DNA of 63,995 nucleotides, filler included, from Basidioascus undulatus (taxonomy: Eukaryota), in the NCBI GenBank assembly GCA_000826855.1. It is 7 parts of 7 records of this genome, joined end to end, with 100 filler letters (N's around TTAATTAATTAA, not from the genome) between each part and the next. Parts side by side here need not be neighbours in the genome. Positions count along the whole stretch, not along the records: positions 27,780 to 36,934 come from JTLS01001294.1; positions 37,035 to 46,180 come from JTLS01001295.1; positions 46,281 to 55,416 come from JTLS01001296.1; 4 more parts are not named here. The stretch is one strand, 5' to 3'. The notes beneath the pieces are model-generated. The model saw nothing but the letters and a program-made list of their open reading frames with translations. It searched no databases and was not told where the DNA came from. Both the position numbers and the translations under genes were made by a program. This document shows, piece by piece, positions 35,952-47,748 of this stretch (the stretch's first letter is position 1; each line of letters starts with the position of its first letter).

Positions 35952-36934
35952 ATGTCGACGCGGCCGACGAAGCGCGCAAAGGTCGTGCGCAACATGCAGG
36001 GTACGCGTCGCGTCATGCTCATCCAGGCCCCACAACAGCGAAGACGCGCGTATTGACGGCGGTTCGGATTGGCTGGGATTGGGATGACAGTCAAGATCCT
36101 GTATACGCTCACGCCTTCGCCGCACACCCTTCTCGCCCGCCTCAACCGCGAGATCGCCGTTGAGGTCGTCCAGACCGCCAACGGCACGTTCGGGCGCTGC
36201 AGCTTGAAGAAGTGCCTGGGCGGCGTTTGCGTGTCCAGGTACGCGTTTTGCTTGCTCTCTGAAGATTTGGAGGAGCACTAAGACTGAGGGATACGTGATG
36301 CAGTCCCGAACTGCTCTCCACGCCCAACAAGGACTACTCGCTTTACGCGCTGGACGCGTACGAGACCTCGCTCCTCACCGTCGCCCAGTCCGCCTCGCCA
36401 GTCTTCGTCGGCAAGGGCCTCCTCTCCTGGGGGCTTGGCGAGCGCGCGGACGGCACGACGATGGTTGTCGGCCGCGTGCGCGAGGAGGACCCGTTCGCGG
36501 ACGAGGGCGAGGGGGAGGTGCTCGAGGTCGTGCTCCGGCTGCAGGAGGTACGCGTCTTTCCCCGACTCGGCTGTTGGGATTGTGGTGGACACGTCTGACG
36601 GTGGATTGCGCTGGATAGACACCGAGCTTCACACAGGAGCAGTATCTCTCCAGCCTGCAAAACTTCTCTACGCAGGGCGTCAAGCACGCGCAGGCCACCG
36701 CGTCGTCGTCCACCTCCGCGCCCAAAGCCACGTCTTCAAAGCCCTCTTCCTCCACCTCCTCCGCGCCCGGCTCCTCGGCGTCCGGCGCCGGCGTCGTCCG
36801 CAAGCGCTCCGCCTCGACGCGTCGTTCCACCTCCCCAGCGACCGCCGCGCCCACGCGCAAACCCGTTCGCGCCCCTACCGCCGCGTCGTCCGCCAAGAAG
36901 TCGTCTCCCGTCCCCTCTCCCTCCCCCGCCACTT
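35952..36934 (+). CDS. Ams2/Spt21-like transcription regulator, N-terminal domain (3' truncated)
   Basis: RNMQ|VKILYTL..LLARL..FGRCSLKKCLGGVCVS|SPELL..DYSLYALDAYE..VFVGKGLLSWGL..VVGRV..VLEVVLRLQE, resembling the Ams2/Spt21 N-terminal pattern; no GATA finger before contig end. Confidence 0.65.
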
Positions 36935-37034
36935 NNNNNNNNNNNNNNNNNNNNNNNNNNNNNNNNNNNNNNNNNNNNTTAATTAATTAANNNNNNNNNN
37001 NNNNNNNNNNNNNNNNNNNNNNNNNNNNNNNNNN
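36935..37034. other. Artificial contig spacer
   Basis: 44 N + TTAATTAATTAA + 44 N. Confidence 0.99.

Positions 37035-37106
<72 letters not shown>
37035..37106 (+). repeat. (AAT)24 microsatellite at contig edge
   Basis: 72 bp of perfect AAT repeats. Confidence 0.97.
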
Positions 37107-37159
37107 TGACATTCAGTCAGTGATGGGGCCACGCGCACTGCTATCTACTGTCTGAGTAC

Positions 37160-38409
37160 GCACTTTTTCGCAGCAACCAGTCCGCCGTCGCTCTGCATGA
37201 AGTCGCAGCGTTTCCCAGCCCGGCCGCCGACGAAGTTGCTCTGGAATTCTCGACATACCGCCATACTATAGGGCTCAGGTAGGCATCGAGGGCAGCGGCG
37301 TTGCCACGGGGGACAGCTTTCATGGCCTGAGAGGTCGGCCGACAACGAGATTTGGGTGAACCCGATCGTCGCGGCGATCGACGCGATCACCCGTTCATGG
37401 GCTGGTTAGAGTTTCCACACTGTCAGACCCAAATTAAAAACGCGGTAGTAAAAAGTTACGTACTCGGGTACGTCCAAGAGTGAAGTAAGCAAACTGCGAC
37501 GGAACGCAGCCCTCGGTCATACAGCCTCTGGAGGTCCCTCGCAATCTGCGCCTCATCTGAAAGAAACTGAGATGACAAGTTTTATTGAAAAGTACACAGC
37601 GTATCAAGAAGCTGACTCACTCAAGGTTTTCAGTACTCTCACAACTTCCCTGCTCACGCCGACCTCGACGTCCCGGATCGCCGGACTCCGGCGCTTTTGC
37701 GAGGAGGCTCTCGACCGTCTGCTCCTCCGGCTCCAGCGTCCAGCCCTCCATTGTCACACGCTCGTCCGCTTCGACGACGTTGTTCCGATAATAGAGAAGG
37801 GCCGGCTTCGTCGAGATGGACAAGTCGAAGAGGTCGCGGAGAGTTTGATCGCCTGGGAGAATACCCGTGTCAGCTGCGTTCGACTCATTCAAGCCACTGC
37901 ACAGAAGACGCGCTTACCAATCTCCAGAAAATCCTTGAAGCCCTTTGTCAAAACGAGGCCAAAGGGCTCGCCTTTGCCCTCGAGCAGCGCATTCGTTGCG
38001 GCCGTGGTGCCCATGCGTACCGAGTCTGCGGGACGTTATTTTTAGCCGCAGTTTATGGGAACGTCCGAAGAGATGTCTGCTTACCGATGAGGCTCATATC
38101 CAGCTTGACACCCTTGGGGATCTCCCGGCCCTCCGCGATTTGAAACACGCGCCAAATACCCTCGGTGGGCGCATCGCCGTATTTTTGCGTGTCTTCGGAA
38201 AGGAATTTGAGTTGGATCTGCACGCCAGGGAGCCCGTCGAGACAGCTTTCGACGGGGTTTATAGAGGTGAGAGGGAATGAAAGCCCATATGTCTGAACGC
38301 AGCCATCGTTGAACATGATAAGTGAATTGGTCGATTAAGAGGCGTGAGTCGTATTCAACTCACCAGTGGACGAGCCACCTCTGTCGCAGGCGAGGGTAAT
38401 GCCAGTCAT
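37160..38409 (-). pseudogene. OXP1: 5-oxoprolinase (hydantoinase/oxoprolinase), N-terminal part, degenerate
   Basis: MTGITLACDRGGSSTD (canonical DRGGTFTD), [88 protein letters not shown]; at least 3 frameshifts. Confidence 0.8.
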
Positions 38410-38649
38410 TGTGGTGCCAACAAATTGCGAAGTTGTTGGGTTGAGAGTGTAGACGCGAAGACAGGAAAGCACTAAACGCCGAGAAAGAGCCTTGACAGGC
38501 GCACACTGGCACGGAGTGCCAAATCCAACGGCGACATCTTGCGGGGAGATAACGAGCCAAGAGCGACCAGCGTCAAGCAGCTGGTAAGTTTGCTTTCCCC
38601 TATGTATCCTCCTACTGCACACACTCTCACTTGCCTCCAAATTGAAGTA

Positions 38650-40090
38650 CATCCTTCGATTTTTTATCGCCTCGCCGACGCCACTGCGTATCCTGGCATG
38701 CTTTGGGTGTTGGGAAACTGGTACGGACCCAGCGGTGAGTCCTGAACGTTTTTCGTTTCCTTATACAAAGCCCTAATTTGGCTCTGCCAGAGTTGGGAAA
38801 ACGCGCTGTGCTCTTCATCTGCTCTTCTTCCGCGGGCACGGTGTTCAGGTGAGTTCTCCCGGAGTGTGCAACGCAGCGATGCCGAGCTCATCCATTTTCC
38901 GCAGTGGCTATCTCCGAACGGCCGTGCACAAAGGGCTTAACGGGACTAACGAATATGAAGGCTACCAATGGCTTTTTCTCATGACGGCGTTTTTTCTCGC
39001 TGTACGTTGCTTTGGCATCTCGGCTTCATTGCGCGCGCGTTGCGACTGAACCGACCGGAGCACTACAGCCCAATCGCCATCCTCGGCTTCTTCCTCATCC
39101 CCGACGTCCCCAATAATATAAACCCTCGCACCAGATGGTGGCTCAAGGCCGCCGACGTCGAGTTCGCGCAACGCCGGATGGCTCGCATCAAGCGAGCACC
39201 CACACGCGGCTTCAGCCTGCAGACTTTCATCGGCGCGTCCCGCAGCTGGGTGCCGTGGTCTTTTGCCATTCCCTACACCTGCTATGTTCTCGGGTATGTC
39301 GAATTGTTCTCGGGTGCGTCGGAGGTGTACTGACCTTCGTTTCATAGTCTGGCTCGTACGCGTACATGAACCTCTGGCTCAAGTCGAGTCCGAAGTACTC
39401 GACCGAGCGCATCAACCTCATCCCTACCGGCGGATACGCGCTGCAGATCGCCATGGTTTGATTTATCCCTGGACCTCGGACGCCATTCGAAAGCGCTGGC
39501 CCGTCATCATGTTCGGCGGTATCCCCCCACTCGTCGGCAACATCATCCTCTCGACTTGGCCTGCGAGCGATAGCGCAAAGTTTGCGGGTAAGCCCTCTTG
39601 AATTTCGAGAGAGTTTACTGCGTTGCTTACCTTCTTCCGAGCAATACAGGTTTCTACCTCAATTTCACCGTTGTCGGATGCGGCGCTCTGACGCTGGTAT
39701 GCTGCCCGTCTATCGAAGTGACTTCCATTGCTGACGTTTGCCCCCCATCCCATGATAGGCCTGGGCAAACGAGTTGACCTCCTACAAAGCTGAGCACCGA
39801 GCGATCACTGTCGGATTCCTCAACACTGTGCGTTTTTCCTGACTTTTCCGGCAGTGCGTTCCTCAGTCCTGCTCTGACGAACAACTCACCAAGCTCTCCT
39901 ACGTCTTCAACGCCTGGGTTCCCTACCTGATATTCCCAGCCTCGGAAGCACCGCTACAGGTCCGGTTATAAGGTCACAGCGGTATTCTTGTAAGCCCGCC
40001 TCGCCAATTTCCGTCCGTTGCTTCTGAAACTCACGGGGCTGTGACTTCCGCATCAGCGCCGTCTTTATTATCCACACTTTCCTGAACTAC
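38650..40090 (+). pseudogene. Second liz1/FEN2-like MFS transporter, 5'-truncated and disrupted
   Basis: YPGMLWVLGNWYGPS|ELGKRAVLF..GYLRTAVHKGLNG..QWLFLM..PIAILGFFLIPDVP..MNLWLKS..WTSDAIRKRWP..AWANELT..EHRAITVG..FNAWVPYLIFPASEAP; frameshifts and a stop near 39458; N-terminal helices absent. Confidence 0.8.
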
Positions 40091-40605
40091 ATCCTGGAAA
40101 AGTGCCTCGGGATCGGAGAGTATCCGGCTTGAGGAATCGCTGTATGATGGCGACCGGGAGGCAGATGCGCAAGATAAGCTTGATAGGGAGCTCGCTGTTG
40201 ATGGTGTGGCGAGGGCCAATACCACCATCATTAAGCAGTAATATATATTTAGAGATATGGGCTTTGTCTACAATAATAACACGGCTCACTGGCTGCATGT
40301 CAGCACGAACTGTCAGATTTTGTGTGTGTACGTTCAAGAGCTGGATCAATTTTTCCTCCGGGTTCCATAGCCCTTGGTCTTCGCCAAGCTCGGGTTTTCA
40401 GACTTAAGCCGACGTTACACCCTTTGTCTTTGAATACTCACCATCGGCCACTCAGATTGTCCAAAGGAACGCAACAAAACACCCCGGTGTCGCCCTGGAG
40501 AGCGCCGAACGAAAGCAAGGGTCAAGCGGCAAAACACATGCATTGAATTTAAGCATTCTGTTCTTTCAGGCCGACTCCAGGCAAAGGTCATCTCTTAGCG
40601 AACCA

Positions 40606-41697
40606 CTACACCCCGGCGCGGCAACTCTCGGTCACGTCCACCAGCTCCGTAAGCGCCGTCTCCGCGATATCCCACCTCATACAGATGTCTCTTACTGACG
40701 GGGTAGGCGCATGGAATACAGCTTCAAAACAAACCAGCAAACTCGAAGGTGCTTGTGTCCCCGGCGTAGTTTGAAGCGAGCGACAAGACAACGAGAGAGT
40801 GCGGAAGGGCCGCGAACGCTGCGTCGAGCCTGCACACTCCGTTGAAGGTAACGTCAAGTTTGAGAGACATGAGCTTTCGGCAACGTGCGAGTGCGTGCCG
40901 CTCGAAGGGTCGGGGCCGCATCGCGAGATCCAGACGCGGGATCCCGCGGCCATGGCGCGAGAAGAAGCGTTCGACTTCAATCCCGGAGGACGCGTCGTCG
41001 TGCAGGGTGAGCGTTTCGAGGGCGGGGAACATGCATATCGCGAAAGTGTCCAGCACATTGTGCATGCGGCAGGTTGATTCGAGGTGCAATACGATGCAAC
41101 GCAGGTACGGAAGCTCAAACGGTCTGAAAGGAGCATCTATAGAGATGGGAGGGTTCGAAGCGCAATATGCAATGTCGATCCAGCACTCCAGAGTGCAGAG
41201 CTGTTGGCATCTGCCGAAGAATACCAGAGTATTGCTCGAGGGAAGAGTGAATGAGCCCGAGAGCTCTGTGCGCGTGGTTCTCTCCAGCAATGATAGCCAG
41301 GCTCTGTAGGGCCACCGGAGCGTGCTTGGTGCGAATCCGGCGTAGGTTGGGACAAAGGAAGAGGAGGTATTGAAACTGTAACTCGTCCATCGTCGAAAGA
41401 AATCGCCCAGCTCGACGACATGAAGCTCACGCAGATGGCGGCCACGGCCTTACCCGCATGATGAAGCCAAACAAAGAAGCGCAGGAATTTAGTCAGCAAA
41501 ATTAGACTGGTAATCACGATTCTTCGATACCGCAGGGGCTCGAGGATGTTATTCCACGATCGAGAGACGAGCGCAAGCGAATCGGCGATGCCGTCGCAGT
41601 GTCGAATGGCCCGGACGGCGAGATGGCGAAAGTCCCTCGGCTCATGGAGAGCGAATTCAAAGGTACGAGACCAGATATCGGACGGGACATTCGACAT
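40606..41697 (-). pseudogene. F-box/LRR-like family member, frameshifted
   Basis: MSNVPSDIWSRTFEFA..LALVSRSWNNILEPLRYRRI; YLLFLCPNLRR; FPALETLTL..ERFFSRHG..ARCRKL..AALPHSL spread over three frames. Confidence 0.65.
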
Positions 41698-43666
41698 GGG
41701 ACTTTGAGTAGAGAGGATGGTATTTGGGTGGGAAGGAGACGATAACGATGCGGCTGTCGGGCAGGAGACAAAAGGGCTCCGCGCGAGTGCTGCCCACAAA
41801 CTTACGGCAAACTTCAGCTGGATGTTTATGAGCTTAAATCTATCTTGAAAGAAATATGAACGCCTGCAGATTTTCGACCACCCGTACTAGCTGGCCGCGG
41901 CGGGTCGAGGTCGACATGTCCGGCATTGACTACCATAACCGCTTGTGCTGGGGTGCTTTCATTTTAATTCTCAGCATGAAGCCCGCTGGGGGTAAACTAT
42001 CTCTTACAGTAGAGCAAAAGAGCAAAAGGCCCTGTAGAGCCTGCAGCTGAGGTGTGAACTTCTTCGCGACTGTGATGCTTCTTCGGCTGGACTGACATTC
42101 CAAGGACCGAACACCAGGCAGAGCTCGTGCAATTGGGTTTGAAAAGATAGTAGTGGGAGACTATGTGGTAAGACTACAGGGGCAAGCAGCATAAAGACCT
42201 TGCCACGAGCATGAGCACAACGGGAACTCACCGCGTACGCATCCACCCCGTATCCACTGAATAACAACCGCTTCATGTCCATTTTTCAGTTAAGTTTTCA
42301 GTTTCCATTTTCAGATGTGTACAGCCTTTTTTTTTTTGAAGGATCGGCTCAGTAAAGGGGGTAGTGATCAGGAAACGTCTCACATCCAGTCTGTGTCGCG
42401 CTGTCGGGAAGTAACACGAACACTGCAGTGGTGTGGTCGAACTGATATCAATTAGACCAGTAGAGCCTGCCCTTCTCATTCTGAGCACCATAAGTCTTCA
42501 GGGAGATACCAACTCTCAGAACTTCACGACAGTACTTCTTCACACGCTGTTCAACTCCCGGATCATCTCTCAGGGGTCACCGTACGGAGTTTACCACATA
42601 TGAAGGGTGCATGATTGAATTTATGGATCATGCTTTGTACCGAGGCTATGTGGTGAGATCTTACGCTGCAGAACGTTATAAGTTACAGGTTGTCGAAGAG
42701 CGAGTGTCTAGACCTGCAAAATGAAACACTATTCTTTAGCTACCAGATGACGGCTATCATGGAAGGCTTTTGTCTCATCCACTTGTATTATCTGGTCCAA
42801 AACAAAGAGGCAGCACGTCGAGTGAGCACAGAATGGCTGTGCGTGTCTGGCTTACGGCTAACAGCTGCCACAGTTCCTTTGACCACCACTGAAGTTCTAA
42901 GGCAACGTAACCCAATAATGCAAGTGTCGGTTCCAAGTAGACAGATCCACTTGATCTTGCCTGAACGGCCAACCTGAAATTTTCACCGCTATAGGAAGAC
43001 CGGCCGCTCATCAATGGAGCCGGCTTGGCTACTTTCAAAATAAGCATTTCTTGTAGATGGGCATTTTAGTGGAATCCCTGAGCTCATAGTGCGATGCTGC
43101 AAGATCGGCAAGATCGGCAATATTGCCAACCAGCTCGCATGGCCACGCGCTTGGAGTACGTTCTGCTCTTCGTCCGTCCCCGTGCAGCTACGCGTTGGAG
43201 TGCCCTCTCCTCAGCCGGTGCACAAATTCTTTGAGAAAAACCTTCAGCGCGTAAACAATAGCCGTACCATGAACATCCCTTTTTGTGCCCGAGCTGGCTC
43301 ATGAGCACGCCCAAATGACGCGATTGAGTCGATGATCGGCGACAGTCGGTCACCCGACCTTATCGTCCCACCCCCTCTCGCCCCTAAATTTCCTTGATCC
43401 TCAATCAAGTCTTCTCTCTTGCCATCGACCTTCATATCGTTCCCCCACTCACGACACAGTTTCTTCTCTGCGATTCATTGTTCCCCTCGCATATTCAGGG
43501 GCAGCCTGCAATGCACTGCAGCCTGATCTCGACGGCCGTGCGATAAGATCTCACGGACGACTACGACGGTCTACGGTCTTCGCGTGTCCTCTCACCGAGT
43601 CCGCACCCCGCAACACGGCCTTATTCCTCTGCTTTCCCTTATAAACGAGACATTCGACTGCCCAGC

Positions 43667-44900
43667 ATGGCGTCTTCAACATCACAACTCACCACCTGCA
43701 CCAGCACGGTCGCCCCACCTTCGCCGATGCACTTCGGCGAGCCCGCCCCCGTCGAGAGCGAGCCCCGGCTGTGCTACGACCTCCTCTGGACGGTCTTCTC
43801 GTACCTCGACCCAGTAACATCCTACACCTCCGCACGGTGCCTCAATCGCTTCTGGCGGTACGCCTTCTCCCCGCAGCGGGACTTTTCCAGGAAACAGCGG
43901 GGACTGACTGCAGTGTGGGATCCGGGAGATAAAGGCAGCAGTACACGCATCTGCTCCAGCACCGCTTCTCGCGCGAGCACCAACCCGCGCCACACACCCT
44001 CAGCCTCACAGTCACACGCCCGGGGTACACATACAAGTCCGCCGCACCCTCGCAGAAGGCGGAGATCCCCCTCGTCCTCCTGTCGTACGAGCCCGACTCC
44101 GCCCAGCTCAAGTTCGGGGGTGAGTCGCACGCTTTCCTATATGGGAAGAAGAAGGAGCGCTGACATATGAGGGACGGATGGCAGTTGAGGGTTGGTACGC
44201 CCTCTTCGACTCGTACACCCGCGAGGCGCGCCTGGTCCTCGACTTCGGCCTCGTCTTCGACCAAGGCGACGGGTCCGGTCCGCGCCCCTCTGGGGCGGAA
44301 GGGTGGCTCAAGAGCTTCTACCTCTCCGAGTACGACATGCGCGTGTACGAGCCCTCGCTCGACCCGTCCTCCGCGTCCCTCGCGTCCTTCCCGCCCAAAT
44401 CCATCCTCTTCCCCTCCGCCGTCGCCCACCCTTCGCCCACCACCCTCAACCCCACCTCCCCCTCCTCCTTACCGTCCACCCCGCCCGACAACCAACTGGA
44501 ATAGTGCGCCTCCCTCCCTCCTGCCCTGCTCCCTCTCTTGCTCACCTCCCGGCACACAGCGTCGCTCTCACCCTAACCCTCGGCATAGAGTACCTCACGC
44601 GCTCGCCCCTCCCGCCCTCCTCCCGGTCTTCCGCACCTGCGACGCCCGAAAGGCGCTTCGCGTTCCACGACCCACACAGCGCAGACAAGAAGATCCGCGC
44701 GCAGTTCGAGGCGCGCATCTGGAGCGGGCCAGAGGACAGCAGTGGGGAGAAGGACGCGGCGTGTGGGGGCGGTAGGTCGGGCGCGTGGGGGAGCGAATTG
44801 GTTTGGAGGTACGTCGTTAGGTGTGCGAGAGAGAGAGAGAGAGGCTGATTAGGGGAGGGAGGGTAGGTGGAGTCGCTGATTCGATGCTGAGGGTTGGAGG
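43667..44900 (+). CDS. F-box protein of a different type (spliced; ends approximate)
   Basis: PRLCYDLLWTVFSYLDPVTSYTSARCLNRFWR F-box-like motif, then exons IPLVLLSYEP..LKFG|EGWYALFDSY..LVLDFGLVF. Confidence 0.55.
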
Positions 44901-45771
44901 AAGGTTCTAAGACGGCTGGAGCGGTCTGCATGCTTCTTCCCTTTCATTTTCACCACCATGATCTGTTGTTGTTTCTTCGGTCTCCAGTCATGTTCCCATC
45001 CCTAGATGTGTTGTTTGTTGTTATTTCTCTACATACCTTCAACGGATCAATAGAGTTGTGTCCATTTGCACTCAGTTGGTTCATGGCAGCTGCAGTGTTT
45101 CCGGCATCGCCGGAAGGCACCTATCCTCGCCCGTCTAACATCAGTCAATATTACAAACCCGTTTGGGTAACTCTCCCTACGTAGACTCGACAGTGCCCAA
45201 AAGGTGCGCTGAGAGCGCGGAACTACACATACAACATGCAACACCGCGTCTCAACCTTCCTTCACACCGCTCTGCTTGCTCCAGCCATAATACTCCCGCG
45301 TACATCCCGCAACCGTCCACAATCACATCTCGTTCAAGGCCGACGACGCGACGTTCTCGTGCACAGGCACCCTCCGGCCTGCCCGAGACCGAGACCGAGC
45401 CAAGCCAAAGATTGAGACGACCATTCGGGGGTCGCGAGCTCCCGCCCCTTCCGCAACTGCGCAGCCTCGTGTACGCCCCTCTCTTCGCGCCCCTTTAGCT
45501 CGCCCGCCCTTTCTAGTCTGTTTGATATGCCACCATTTGTCTGCCCCGCGGTGGTGACTGATTCTTCTGTTTTCTGAAAGCTGCAGAGTGGGTTGGGAAG
45601 TGACCACCATCATCAAACCCGACTGCTTCGCCCACTCGCATTGACGCGACAGCACCTTTCACCTTCGAGCTGCTTTTTCAATCGATACTCGCCGGCACCT
45701 CGACCACCGATTCTGGGTGTGCTCCAACCTCCCTCACTTACACCGCCTAGGCTCTCCCTTCCCTCTCGACA

Positions 45772-46180
45772 ATGACTACCAGTGCGTCCCCTCGCCTCTC
45801 CCTCCTCGCCGGGGACCCTGCCCTCTTAACCTGCTTCCCTTCCCGCACCAGACCCAGCCTCCGCCCCCACCCTCTCCAAATCCCTCACCATAAAGAAGCG
45901 TATCTCCCGCCTCTTCACTCCACCCAAAACCACCAACTCCGCCCCCGCGCACCCCTCGCACCCGACGCACCGCCGCCTCTCCTCCGGAGGCTCCGGCGGA
46001 GGCAGCTCTCCCGCGCGCCCGTACACCTGCCGCGCCAGGCTGTGGAGCGGCGCGCAGTGCAACACACTCAACGAGGACGACGGCGCGCCGTGCAAGTTTG
46101 TAGTGATGCATGCTTCTGAGGGGGGAGGGGTGCCGTGGGAGGAGGAAGAAGATGAGGAGAGGGACGGGCTGGGGGCTGTG
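45772..46180 (+). CDS. Hypothetical protein, 5' part
   Basis: MTT|NPASAPTLSKSLTIKKRISRLF..PYTCRARLWSGAQCNTLNEDDGAPCKF; GTGCGT..CAG intron splices in frame. Confidence 0.45.
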
Positions 46181-46280
46181 NNNNNNNNNNNNNNNNNNNN
46201 NNNNNNNNNNNNNNNNNNNNNNNNTTAATTAATTAANNNNNNNNNNNNNNNNNNNNNNNNNNNNNNNNNNNNNNNNNNNN
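46181..46280. other. Artificial contig spacer
   Basis: 44 N + TTAATTAATTAA + 44 N. Confidence 0.99.
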
Positions 46281-46427
46281 CGTCGAGGCGGCCTTCGCGC
46301 CCTCCTCCCACTCGGACTCGTCGTTCTGGATGACGTGCTGCGACTTGCCGGGCGGGGCGTTGTCGGGCGTGCGCGGGCCAGGCGTCTCGGACTCGGACTC
46401 CGAGTTGAGCGGGAAGTTGTACGACAT
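46281..46427 (-). CDS. 5' end of an unidentified gene
   Basis: MSYNFPLNSESESETPGPRTPD.. with A-rich context before ATG; runs off contig. Confidence 0.4.
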
Positions 46428-47081
46428 CGTTTTGTTAGTGGGTTTTGTGGGTGTGAGTGTCCGTTATGTGAGGTGAGTGGTGAGGATGGTGATGGTGGTG
46501 TTGGTGGTCAAGAAGCAAGAAGTCTGCCTGCGGAGCGCAGTGACTGTTCTTGCCGTGCCAGCGAATCGGTCTGGTCCGGCCGAGAGCCGGGACGATTACA
46601 TCAGAAGGGTCCGTTATGCTATGCATAATCAATTCAGCGATTGTAAGTAGCCCAACATAATATTCAGTCTGGCCAACCGAAAGACTCAACTCTGATGCAA
46701 TAGGGGTCTCAGTTGGCGCAGTCACGAGGGAGGTCCCCGCCGGACACTCCAGCAGTTGCTATCTAAACTCGCTCAGGCCTAAGCGACACCTTACAGTCTC
46801 TGCGAGAATAACGCTGTAGCTCCTCCTTTCCATGATATTTTCAGCGTCTGTTGACGGCAAAGAGAACGATGAGCGAGGTGAAAATGCGACTGCAGCCGTG
46901 GAGCACGTTCTCTCGGACGCGTCGGGCCGGCTGCGCCAAGCTTCCGAGAACCGGCGGCGCCCGTCAAGTCGTTGTCATTGTCTTCTCGCCTCGCCTTCTC
47001 GCCTTCGACGCCACCTTCCAGACAGTCGAGCATCCGGCACAGCATGCTCAGCAAAAGCGTGCAGTGAAGTGTCTGGGCATA

Positions 47082-47128
47082 GACTGGACTGGGCTGGACT
47101 GGACTGGGCTGGACTGGACTGGGCTGGG
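47082..47128 (+). repeat. Pentamer-based tandem repeat, (GGACTGGACTGGGCT) x about 3
   Basis: Direct inspection. Confidence 0.85.
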
Positions 47129-47748
47129 TGGGGCGGAGCTGAAGTTCGGAGGCCGAGGGTGCGGTAAGGCGAACGGACGAGAGGCAGCCCGCAGCTTGAG
47201 AAACGCTCCGGGGCGGCGAATATGGGCATGGGCCATGGCAAGACATGGCATAGAATGAACGGCATTGTCTTCAGTTGAAAGAGCACAGACTATAGTCTGA
47301 CGACGAGCGACGCTGTGTCCTTCGAGCGAAGTATCCCCGTTCGCCCCACCTCCCCCTGCACACCTACCTTCCTGCTCTCGCCGCCAACAAGCCGTCTGGG
47401 CAAGAGAATCATGTCTTGAGCACTAGGATATCGACGAGCGGGGAGGTACATGCTAGTAATGAATTACAACACCGAGCCTCACGAGCCTCAGAGAGAGACG
47501 AAAGAAAGTACACGACGGCCAGCGAGCCAGCGCGTGAAGAAGAGCAAGCACTGAGAGGAGGGTGGGGGATCGCAGAGCGAAGATGGGTAGTTCCGGGCTG
47601 GGGATCGGACAAACAATGCGAAGAAGAAGAAAAGAGAAAAGGAGAGAAAAAGATCAGGAAGGAGTGCTTCAAGCGCTCGCACTGCCGGCCGTGTGTCTTT
47701 CGTATCAGCCGGAGTCGAAGGGGAAGGAGGAGGGGAGGAACCCTTTAC

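Noticed and set aside
42480..43260. Possible CACTA/EnSpm transposase relic (LH..LPDHL..GSP-like fragment) in an AT-richer region
   Set aside because: Similarity is too fragmentary across frames, with no TIRs; needs a translated repeat-library search
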